Source: Paraphysomonas bandaiensis
Taxonomy: Eukaryota > Protista > Chrysophyceae
DNA length: 64,000 nucleotides
Reading direction: 5' to 3'
Assembly (NCBI GenBank): GCA_965644295.1
Contig: CBFFRP010000216.1
Location: 62,001-126,000, forward strand
Of this stretch, positions 13,865-24,963 are shown in pieces. The notes beneath the pieces were generated by a model, which saw only the letters and a program-made list of their open reading frames with translations, did not search any database and had not been told where the DNA came from. Each line of letters opens with the position of its first letter. Position 1 is the first letter of the stretch. The position numbers were made by a program, and so were the translations under genes.

Positions 13865-15752
13865 ATGGACAGTGAAATGCTTATAGACGAAAACGTATGA
13901 ATGCACCCGAAATAATATCCGATTCCAATAGTTGGTTCGACTCCCTGTTGCACCAGCAGCGCTCTGCTGACTCCTATGATGACAGTGATGGTTCAGTGCA
14001 TGAGCCATCAGAATCAACATATACATCCCGTTACCAGACAGAGTTCAAGCAAATCGCCCTCGTAGGCTGGGGGGGTGGAGGGGAAGTATGGAAAGTCAGT
14101 CACAGATTAGATAGAAGGGAATACGCAGTAAAGAAAATCACTCTTGATCCGATAGATTCAGCTCTAAATGATAAAACAACACGCGAGGTGACCACTATAT
14201 CACGATTGATTCATAACAATGTCGTTCGATACTATGCTGCATGGGTAGAAGAAGGACAGAAGAACAGCATTTCAAGTGCTGTGAATACTAGTACAGAGCT
14301 AATTGAGTCCGATAGTTCCGATTCAATTTCTAATTGTGGTGAGTTTGTGGCCGTATATTGAAATGAAACTCATCTGCTCTCATTGCAGTTTTAAGTAATG
14401 ATCCGTTTTACAGCGCACTTAATATTTCTAACTCAGACGTTTTGTTTGCCGATAGTACCGGTAATAAATGTAGAGAAAACGAATATTCCGAAGCCGTTTC
14501 GGTTGCCAACAGCCGAAACCACTCCAGTACTTCGCCACTGTCACACGCCGCCGAAAAATCTTCTCAGTTACCTCCTCCTACGCGTATACTTTATATACAG
14601 ATGGAATTTTGTTATGCCACTCTACAGGAGGCAATTCTGGATGGAAAGCTGTGGCAATATCCCATGGAGGTTTCAAGGTTATTTCGACAGCTTCTTGAAG
14701 CCACGCGTTATGTTCATTCCATGAGGGTTATTCACAGGGATTTGAAGGTATGCTTAGCAGTTGTGTACACATGCACTTCCTAGTAGAATGTTGCTACACG
14801 TTCTGTATTGTGGATACATTCTAATATACGCTGTCAGCCTGCAAATGTGTTTTTAGATTCTAGTGGAAACATCAAAATAGGGGACTTTGGTTTGGCGACG
14901 ACTGATAGAGGCTATGATCTGTATGGCGATATCGACGGTTCTTGTCGGCTTGTAGGCTGTAACACTCCTGAGCCAATCGCTACTCTAGAATCCAGTTTGA
15001 TTGATCTGACGTGTGGTGTTGGCACGGCACTATATCGGGCACCTGAGCAAGAGGCATGCTCATTGGGCTGCACTCCTTCATCTTACAGCTCCAAGGCTGA
15101 TATATATTCTCTTGGCATAATACTGTTTGAAATGTGTCATGCGCCATTTTCAACAGGAATGGAGAGAATCGTAACAATCAAAGCGCTGCGCGAACACAGA
15201 ACTCTTCCCGGCGATTTTCTGGCCATCACCCCAGCATACTTCGAGTCACTCATACTGTGGTTAGTGGAGAATGACCCCGACAAGCGACCGACGGCGGCGG
15301 AAGTGCTAACCTCAGATTTGATGCAGCAAGCCACAGGGCACATAGATTCATCTCCGGTTTCTCAATCGAGTTCTTGCACCTCTCTTGGTGGGACACAAGT
15401 CGCTTGCAAAAAGCCCGTTGTAGAAAATGTACACGTGTTTCAAGTACATATTCCATATATGCATCTAAGAGTATTTGGAACGTGGATAAACCAACGATCT
15501 CAAGTCACTGAGACAGCTTTCGCAGAATATGTACCTTTTCCTGAAACGTTGTCCGGCTATGCAGTAGTTTTCCAAGAATTAATGGCCGATATGTGTGCTG
15601 CATACGAAGGGAAATTATTTGATGAATCATGTACAACAAGTAAGAGTGGTTTGATTTACGCAGCACTCTATAGTACTGTAGATCAACTGTACGATATGAT
15701 AATTTTTTCTCCAAGCGTTTTATCAGAACTGCTTCATAAAGATGCTAAATGA
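13865..15752 (+). CDS. eIF2-alpha kinase (GCN2/PERK-family catalytic domain with kinase insert)
   Basis: Motifs RYQTEF..VGWGGGGEVWKV, YAVKKI, NVVRYYAAW, LYIQMEFC, IHRDLK|PANVF, KIGDFGLA, GVGTALYRAPE, F.TGMER. Introns 14339-14388 and 14748-14838. Start is either 13865 (with intron 13895-13956) or 13897. Confidence 0.9.
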
Positions 15753-16315
15753 TGGAACTATATTTCTATTGAGTATTGGTTTACATGTAAGTATTCTGTA
15801 CTAACATGCAGTCAAGTTAGTCCAGCGAAATAGAATAAAAGTTTTTTTTACCGTTTTGATGTACGATTTTGATGGAACTCAATTCATATATTTGTTTTGA
15901 TTATAATTTATTTACAGACATATTATGGTTAGAGATATGTGTGTCTGTTGCACGGCATCTATCCCCCTCGTTTATCAGAACATGTTAGAAAAACAAGATT
16001 AGCATGATAATAGTGAATGGACTCTCATTATATTATAATAGACGTTTAAGAGTCAAAACTAAATTAACTAACTAGCGTAACACTTATATCCTACTGTGTA
16101 GTGCTACGAAAGCTGCTTGTGCGTCACCGCAAGTACCACGGTGAAGTCACTTTCGCTCTATCACTCAAAGAAAAAACACAGTGAGCAAGCAGAATGCTGA
16201 TTAGTATGATCTGACTTATAGAAACGAAATAAAACAGCACAATACTCAATCTCACTTGTAGAAAACGTTTGTCATTTTATCATTATTACCTTGATACTAC
16301 CTAATATACTCAACA

Positions 16316-16403
16316 CCTCCAACAAAGTCGGACTCGCATTTTGTCGTGGTGTTCTGGGGGATAAGTACCGGAGATCTTTCTCCGGAAAACTAACATGAGC
16401 CGC
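16316..16403 (+). ncRNA. Putative HDV-like ribozyme, copy 1 (partly degenerate)
   Basis: P2 ggactcg/tgagcc, P3 att/ggt with 7-nt L3, perfect P4 ccggaga/tctccgg, J4/2 CTAA. Confidence 0.5.
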
Positions 16404-17452
16404 ATTTGTAGCCAGCATAGCCTAATGCTTGTGTGGTACAAGTGGCACTAATAAGTGTCACCTGTGTAGTCGTGTAGACGACTTTGGGCTCTGACGAATG
16501 AACAGTCATCCGGGAATGAGCCCACCTCTCAAGGGCATCCCGGGTTTTGGGCTGTCTGCTGAAGTTACGCATCTGGGCTGTTCGCCTTAAGGACTCTTAT
16601 CAACCCTGAAGTCAGCAGATGTCAGGTACATCAACATTCTACTAGCTCACTGCGTTTGCTTTGAGTGATTGATTCCGAGTACGAGTTCACATTTTCGGTA
16701 TCTGAGTGGCCAAAATGACCAAGGTAATGCGTCAAACTTTCCTCATGGATAGCAATGTGAATAGACCTGCTATGTCTTCCCACACGTCTACTGCCTAGTC
16801 TTGGTTTCTCCTGACCCAGGCCATTTAGATTATAATAAGACTCTGGCACTGTTCTCCAAGCACTGTGAGGTACATATGTGGTGCTTATATTTTATTCTTG
16901 CTTAATAGTAGGTTTTCATCCGAGAGAGGAAGGTGGATGTATGTGCTGGACGAATGCACACAATGGAGAGAAGACATTGAAGTCAGGCTGGATTTGGGTA
17001 GACGTCTGTTTAATGTGTCAGTGTGTAAAATTGCACCAGTGAGACCGCTTCATGACCGTGGGAGGACCCGGCGCTAGAGCTACTCTACTCTCCCTTCCAG
17101 ACTGCCTGCTGCTGTGAACACCACCTTTAAGAGGGCCCTCAAGATCTGCCGCATATACAGAAGACATATGCCGAAGACATGTTTGTGTTGTAGGACAAGT
17201 AGATTGGGCAAGAGTGTATGATCCGGCTTAAACACGTAACTCGTCATACACTGTATATATGCCCATGTAGCTAAATAAATCGTGTTGTATAGTGGAGCAC
17301 TTAAATCGTGTTGTATAGTATTTGAGCACTTGTCGGTGCATGCAATAGTAACTAGATGAGAGTCATGTAATGCTTATAGTGTCGCGCGAGTTGTTAGGTT
17401 GGCAGCGGCAACGCACAAGCTTGCGCTTCTTAATAATCAGTCATTCGATCAA
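16316..17452 (+). mobile_element. Non-autonomous non-LTR retroposon, copy 1 (ingi/Vingi-like, ribozyme-capped)
   Basis: Colinear with 28628-29695. Flanking duplication taatatact(c)aaca at 16302-16315 and 17453-17465. Degenerate (AATC)n tail and CCHC-knuckle remnant YVLDECTQWRE. Confidence 0.75.
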
Positions 17453-18729
17453 TAATATACTAACATTGTAAAGCCGTAGGCTTTTATAACACCCTTTTAC
17501 ACGTTTTATGACATCATCATCATAATAATATTGATAACTATATTACTGCAATAACGATATGATAACATAATATGTAGGGTATATGTAGCTGGTTTTGTAT
17601 GAGATTGACAACAAAAGACAGATTATTATTAGGAGAGATTAAGACAGTAGAGACTACTAGGATTTGCCCTCACTACTAGGGTTTACCCTCGAACACACGT
17701 TTTCTTTGGTCTACGCGATTGCTACCCGTTGGTTTACGCCTATATCCATACGGTAGTCGGTGTCATAGCGTTTTGAGTTAGGAAGCATTGATTGGTACCG
17801 CATGTGCGATATTCGTAGTCCATTCATCATTATGAGAAGCTTTCTGATGGTTTTGAACAGCTCTATGTGCTTGATCATTGTTCTGGATTCTGATATACGA
17901 ATATTTTTCCAGTGTTATAAACCGTCGATTTTCTCCGGAATGGGGAGGAACTCGTACGGTGCCATTGGACGCAGATGCAGAGGTGTCATGGGCATGTTAG
18001 TGATCTGAATATGAGTGTATTTGTATGGTCCAGTCTAAAGTACACACTCTTGCAAGGAAATGATATTTAACCGTTCGATTGTAAGCTTTTGAACCCGATT
18101 GCATTTTGTCGGTATTAATATATGCATGAGTTGGCGATTGTGTTTTTCACGGTAGTATTGCGGAATTTATATAGGATTTTCTGCATGAGTAGAGTACACT
18201 GTATTTGGAATAGCACGGCGATTTTCTGCAATTCTCAAAAATTGGGGATTTTTGGGTTTTTGGGTTTTTGGGTTTTTGGGACTCAAAAATCGGAGGTTTT
18301 TGGAAAAGACCTATTTAGGCGTATTTCAGGGCGTTTTTGACTATAAACGATGTAGGGTATGAATCGTATGTAGTGTAGTACATGTATGAGCATATTGTAC
18401 GGTTGTGGTTGCATTCAATGTCCTGTGTATGAGGAGGAGTCTTTAGACTAGGGGTCTGTCTGTCTTGTCTTCTTCTTACTCTTTTCTTTTATCTAACTAA
18501 TCATAGCTAAGTTAATCGATCTACCTTTTGGGAGCTTAAGGTTGCGAGATACTTGGGAGCTTGTATTTCTGGCTGTGATAAGTTAAATAAGCATTCTGTT
18601 TTCTTGTTTCGACAAACAAGCGCATTTCTTTTCAGTGATCTTAGGCTTCAAAACCTAAGTTTTGCATAGTAAATTTACTCATAGTAAAATCACATAAGTG
18701 AAGAATAGTTTAAGGGAATAGATTTTTTA

Positions 18730-19538
18730 TTGATTATGTCTGATTCGGATAGTCCTATTGTTCCTTCTGAAATGGACGAAATCAAGGCAATGTTAAGAGT
18801 GATCACGAGTGAATTAAGCGAAGTTGCGAAATTGTGTGCGACTACGGCTGGTAGAGTGGACCATCTTGAGACAAGGGTTGCCATAGGTGAAGGGCAGTTT
18901 TTGGATGAGTTGGCAACGGTTCAGCAGGAGGTCAATGATAGTATCGGTGTCAGACGAGGAAAGCAGGATGATGAGTCTGATGAACAACCGAGGGAGAAAA
19001 AGAAGGAAAGGCGAACTTCTGTGTTCATGAGGGAAGCGCAAGGCTCGGATGACATAGAGGTTAAGAAGCAGGTCGTTATTAATGTTGAGAAGCCGCCTCA
19101 TAGGCATATTTATCTGGATTCGATGGAGCTCAGCGATTTTACCAAGTTTATCATTCAGTGGTTTGAATACGAACAGATCAACGGGATTCAGCTTGAGCCA
19201 GCCCAGAGAGTTTATCCAGGGGTTTAAGAAATCTCAGCGCGTGACGCAAAGTCTCAATGAACTCAACCTTAGATAACACCTTAGTTTCCTTCGCCATCAT
19301 CTCGCAGAAACTTTGTGCACTCAACTTGACAAACATCGAATCCGTCATGTTATTATTGAACATAAGCAGGTTTCGAACACGCCTGCTAACTATCTGGGCT
19401 GGCTCAAGCTGAATCCCGTTGATCTGTTCGTATTCAAACCACTGAATGATAAACTTGGTAAAATCGCTGAGCTCCATCGAATCCAGATAAATATGCCTAT
19501 GAGGCGGCTTCTCAACATTAATAACGACCTGCTTCTTA
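18730..19538 (+). mobile_element. Truncated, rearranged retrotransposon gag-like fragment with a fold-back inversion
   Basis: Coiled-coil/gag-like ORF breaks at 19207 and continues on the opposite strand (19178-19477 ORF). Family assignment is tentative. Confidence 0.5.
19062..19538. repeat. 146-bp inverted repeat (19062-19207 / 19393-19538) with a 185-bp spacer
   Basis: Arms are reverse complements with no mismatch seen by eye. Confidence 0.95.
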
Positions 19539-21487
19539 GCATTACTGTTTTTACATATCTACGGATAATACAATACAATCGCTAAAAATAATGCTATGTA
19601 AATATACTCAGTCTATAGTTTCTTGTGTTTAGTGAAGTCCAATATTTTTATTTTAATAAATTCATTATTAACTGGCAGTTGTCATTATTGTTTTTAACAT
19701 TTTCAGTATCAGTACAACATACATTAATATAAAGTAGTAATTTACAGCATGAAAGTTTAGCTCCTTGTAAATACTGAAATTGTAGAAATCGAGTGGTAGC
19801 AACTACCGTGCTCATATAGCACAAAAAAATATAAGAATATCTGTTTATTACATTAGAACGGTTGTGTACAGAAACTAGTTTTACATCTATAGACTAACTA
19901 ATAACTGGACTTGCTATATACGACTAGTGGCGGGCAACCGTCTCGGGACTGCTTGTGCATCGCTGCACAAAATATAAGATAAATAAATATATAGATTTTG
20001 AGTTGGTATTGAAGTGTAGTATAAGGGAGGGCCAGGGCCAAACACAAGACACGATAAGAAACCTTCTGTTGTAAGAGACACTAACAAGCCACAAGTTGAT
20101 ATATATACTTGTAATCATAATGACAGGTACAATATAACCTCTTAAGCATGTACACTGTGGACACTACACTGCACACATTGGAATGTAAATATATACTACA
20201 CCGTATTGTCGTCACACACTGTACAGTAGTATACTCTTGTATAGTGCTGCTATATTGTAGCTTGCTGTCCACATTACACTGTTTGTTTATACACTGTAGT
20301 GTAGTATACAACTGTATACTATCAAGCCAAGCTTTCACTCCAATGATAGCCAGCCTTCTAAACGAGGATGGGAACACCTTCGTTGTCTTATTTCCGTATT
20401 CGTAACTAATCCCACCTAAGACTACTACCACGGCACTTGAATAGTTCACTAATACTTCGCTGAGAAAATTACTCTTGTTATAGAAAGTAGAGAGAAGATA
20501 GGACCCTATTGAGTTCTGCTATATGAAAGGAAATGAAAGCTGTAGTCATAAGGTATTTAAATTACAGTATAGTATACAGTTGTACTCTTGTTAATCGTAC
20601 TGTGAGAATAAATGACGATAAGTATATAGTGGTAAAACGCAATATAGTTACGATGCCAGTTGTAGTGACGAAGTAAGATCGTATGAGAAATGAGTAGTAG
20701 TAGATAATATGAAATTGATGAATGATAAGAGATATTTATTATAATTTCTAATTTTTAGCTTTGATTATAAGTTTACCTTCTATTATTAAGTTAATACTTG
20801 ACTTCTCATATAATGTCAAACTTTGATAGTCCCAGCTGTCGTCTGAGACCATTAAGAAAAACAACATTCTCTCACCTTGAGGACGGTGGTAAATAAACCA
20901 ACGGCAACGGGCTGCTGATATTCGAGGAAGTCAATGGTCTTTTGTACACGGAAGTTACCTTCAGGTTTAATGCGACGCATACTACATACTACACGTCTCA
21001 TTATATCATATAGGAACGCTTCTACTAAATTTACACATCACTTCCAGTTTCGCTCGTTTTGAAGTTTAGGAACAGACAATGAAGACAAGGTTATTGATCA
21101 CGAGAACAAGTACCTAATTCTAGAAAGGCTAGAAATTATGAGACGAAAACGACCAATGGTTCGATTCGAAGCTTTCTCAACTCTAAACACATAAGAAAAT
21201 CTAAACCCCAAATTATTATTTACCATAATCATTACTAATACTACATGATCTCACGCAACAGCTAAAATACATGAGAAGCTTTCAATACAACCAATATAAG
21301 GGGAAGCAACAAAAGGTTGCACACATTCCAGAAGAACAATAGTGTTTGTACACATATTAATGATTTTGTACTTTCAGTTCATCCACAACATTGGCATCCA
21401 TCCATGAATTTCGAACGTTCGTGAAGTCTTACCAAAAATAGCAAGAAAAGTTTAAATTTTCCAGGTCAGAAAACACAGGCAAAAGAC

Positions 21488-24424
21488 TTATCTCTGCTCG
21501 TCACTTTGAGAAGGGAACGAGGCAAAGGATCCCCGCTGCGGCCACTGGCCGGAAGATGGATGAGATGACTGTGGCATGGGTCGGCCTACCGAGCCTTGTC
21601 TTGGGTCCTGTTGAAGTTGATTTTGAATTTTCTGCTGGTGCAGAAGTGGGTTCATTGTGCCCATGGAATGGTCACCGGGATTAGCGTTAATATGTCCCAT
21701 AGTCCATTCGGGAGGGCGGGCGTACGGCGCCTGTCCCTGGGACGACGGCATTCCACGAAGGCCAGGCGAAACAGATATTCCGGGGTGAAAGGGACCATTT
21801 GGATGAGAATGTTGCCCTTGAGCCTGAGAGGCGTCCGAGGGAGGTCCCCACATATATTCGCCTACAAGAACGTTAGCAATAAGTGGAGATTGAAAGGTTA
21901 GAAATAACACATACAATACAAAAGACATACCTCCTTGTTGATTGCCCCCCGTTCCTCCAGGATGAAAGAATTGCTGCTGCTGAGACGGCGGCACTGGTGC
22001 TCCTCCCCCGTATTGTGGGAAGTGTTGTCTTCCCAAATTCATCATATTCCACTCTGGTCCAGATGGTGGAGCTCTGGACGAGTCCAAAGACATGCCCTCT
22101 TGGGGCATGACACCAATGTTGCCCATTCCAGGGACTCCCATTGGCATTACACCACCGGCATACGGATATCCCTGTGATTGGGATGGATGCGCACCAGCGA
22201 CAGGAAATCTCCCCACAAATACTGACTCGGCTTCTGACGGGTTCGGAGCTGGGAGGGGCATTTGGTGCTTGGTAATCATCATATACGTCAACTCCAGGCT
22301 CTCATTGACCAGAGGTAGAGCGGTTATATATATAAGTACAGAGGTACCATCGGGTCTTGTGCTGCTGAATGGTAGCCTTACAGGTATGCCTCTACACACT
22401 CGGGGCAGAAGAGCATTTAAATGGTCCGATATAGTAGGCTGACGAGTCAACATCTCCGAAGTGCTTGATACCTCCATGACTTCAAAGAGAGGCCGGTCTT
22501 TGTAAGTGTTCTCGGCAGGAGGAGAAGATTCGCCTTTCAATTCCCACCAAGCAGCATTCATATGTGTAACACCGTAGGGAGGGTAAACACTGGCGATAAG
22601 TCGTGCCTAGAAGGTTAAACGTTAATGGGAATGTTAGTTTTTGGGAATATATATGACAATATGATATCTGCATAACACAGTTTGTTCTCTTACATCTTTG
22701 CTTGGCTGAAGAGCCATCTCGATAGAGTTAGGAACAATACTGTTCTCAGGGCTCAACATGGCGGCTCTCTAGTTACAAACACAGTTAGGTTTCAGGAAGT
22801 GTACCATCAGCAAAGAATATTTACACCACAAAACATACGTTACAACCATCCAAATATGGAAGCCAACAAAACAAAACAGTCATACACCTGTGCAGATGGA
22901 ATCGACTGAAAACATACCTGATACTGTTGCATGAAGCCCATCACATCAAACACCATCTCTCCCGATATCATCTTATTGGCCTTGTTGAACTTACACTGTA
23001 GCATCCCGCACTTCGTGAGTGAAGTTGGTGCGCCCACCATATCGTGTCCCTCCGTGCGCATAAAGAAGCGGCATATCACTACATCCCCAGATGCAAGTAT
23101 TTCTCGTTTGCCCCCCACTTCATACCAGATACGACACCCTTGACCCCTTTAAAGAGAGACATCAATTTAGAAGTATGACTCAAAAATGTGGCGGATATAT
23201 ATACAGAGACGAAAACACCAAAATAGTTTCATCGGTTTACGCCATGTAACCTACTTTCGTATAGCCTCTACCCATGCAGGTGTTCCAAGACCCACATTCT
23301 CCACCATGAGTGCTAGGGATGCCGTATCAGCTATGACGGCGTTTATTCCATACATGACCCGTTGACTGAACAAATATCAGCTTACTGGATAAGAGCACAT
23401 GCTTTGCGCATATCAACACGCACCTGTTTACCACCTCGGTCTTGTTAAACGCCCGGTATGGTGTTATAGGCATGGTAAGTACGAAGTCCTCATCCAATAT
23501 TGTCGACCACTTGCTTGTGTCTTGCACATTGGCCGCTCGGTAACTTAAAAACAGGCGAACCGCATTTTTTCGTAGCACTTGCTGTAATATGTATAGTTGT
23601 CATTCACGATATACAGACATATACAATGTAGAAACGCTCGGCACTAAGTCTCTTCATATAGCATTGACACAATAATGACAGCGCATGTGACAATAGTGAG
23701 ACTCATTTACAGTAGTGAAGTAAACAACGATAAGGCAATATATCACTAAATGCTTTACAGAGTACAATATGGTGTATCATATGTGATATATCCTGGGTAC
23801 TGACCGTGTCGTGTATCCTTTTCCCAAGAGCTATTCTCTCCTTAACTTCCACATTTTTCTGATGAGTCAACTGTTCTACCAGCTCCTTCAATTTCGACAC
23901 ATACGCCTTCTTACGGAGCCGGGTATTTCTGGCATGCTCACGATTGCGGTCGCGACTGTGTTTTAGATAAGTATAAAAGATGATTATGTGAAAAATCAAC
24001 TAACTTTTGCTTTGATTTCTCCTCGGCTGACATTTGCTTTCTTTTCTTCGAAGCCTTATCAGCCTCTTCTTGGCTCTGTGTCGCCGCTGCGACTTCAGCT
24101 GCTGCTGCGTCGCGTAATTGTTTCTCTGAATATGATAGATGAGTAACAAAATATTAACGCGAAGGTCTCATACCGCTATATGTAAAACTTTGTCTCTTCG
24201 TATTTAAAACCTAACCCGCGCATTAAAAACAACTATAAAAAAATTCAGTAACATACCCTCGTGTGTTTTCCTTCATTTACCAATGCTTGGTATAAAACTT
24301 GCTCATAATCGACAGGATCGGCAGGTGATGCAGTGGAGATGTCTTCCATCCCAGCAAACATTGCCAGGGTGTTTGGATCTCTGCCACCACCAGCTTGGGA
24401 AGAATTCCCGGAGATACTGTTCAT
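21488..24424 (-). CDS. Multi-exon bZIP transcription factor with a stramenopile-type central domain, PAS-like region and Q/P-rich tail
   Basis: Basic region RDRNREHARNTRLRKKAYVSKLKELVEQL. Spliceable exons from ATG 24424. THMNAAW PAS-like segment. Confidence 0.8.
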
Positions 24425-24730
24425 AATAAAAGTCCTCGTATGACTGCAATATATATTTATATATCCTCAAAGTATGATATTAATAAGTGTGTACATGCAT
24501 GTATGTATGTATGTATGTTAGTTATTGCGTGCGTGTATGTTGTGTGTGTTTGAATGAATACTGTACACACTTAGTCACAACGAAGTGAGCACACGCACAC
24601 ACGGTCCAAGTTCGGTATGCTCAACCAACTCTTAAATACATACGCACGAAGTGAGAATTCAGCGTATCTTTAACAGGCACAGAACACTCTTTCAAACTGA
24701 AACATGTTCCATGAACAAAATAAAAAGTCA

Positions 24731-24816
24731 TGCATTGAGTGGGGTTCGAACCCACGCGGACTGATGTGTCCAGCAGATCTTAAGTCTGCCCCCTTAGACC
24801 ACTCGGGCATCAATGC
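24731..24816 (-). tRNA. tRNA-Leu (anticodon TAA)
   Basis: Acceptor stem GCATTGA/TCAATGC, D-arm with GGTCTAAGG, anticodon arm GCAGA-CTTAAGA-TCTGC, long variable arm, GGTTCGAACCC T-loop. Confidence 0.97.
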
Positions 24817-24963
24817 ACTCACTGCTTTAATCTACGGAAATTTTATAATATATAAACTCATTACTTTAACGGTATATTACAGTACTGTACCATTCTGCTC
24901 GCTGGCCTGGCTGTTCGTTAAACACGACAACAAACGAGTATTATCTTGTCTGTCTTGCTCAAG

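Noticed and set aside
13858-13900. ATF4-like uORF pair overlapping the kinase start (ATGA overlap)
   Set aside because: More simply explained as coding exon 1 (13865-13894) spliced in frame via intron 13895-13956; RNA-seq would decide
16390-17077. Short ORFs within the retroposon copies (also 28480-29353)
   Set aside because: Frames are not conserved between copies; these are decayed remnants only
16316-17452. Alternative identities for the 1.1-kb repeat (solo LTR, MULE, Helitron, hammerhead retrozyme)
   Set aside because: No TG..CA ends, no TIRs, no CTAG end and no CUGAnGA/GAAA core seen; variable TSD, tail and CCHC remnant favour a non-LTR origin
20330-20980. Possible small spliced gene on the minus strand (MRRIKPEGNFRVQKTIDF...LK|gt)
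   Set aside because: No coherent gene model or recognisable homology could be built
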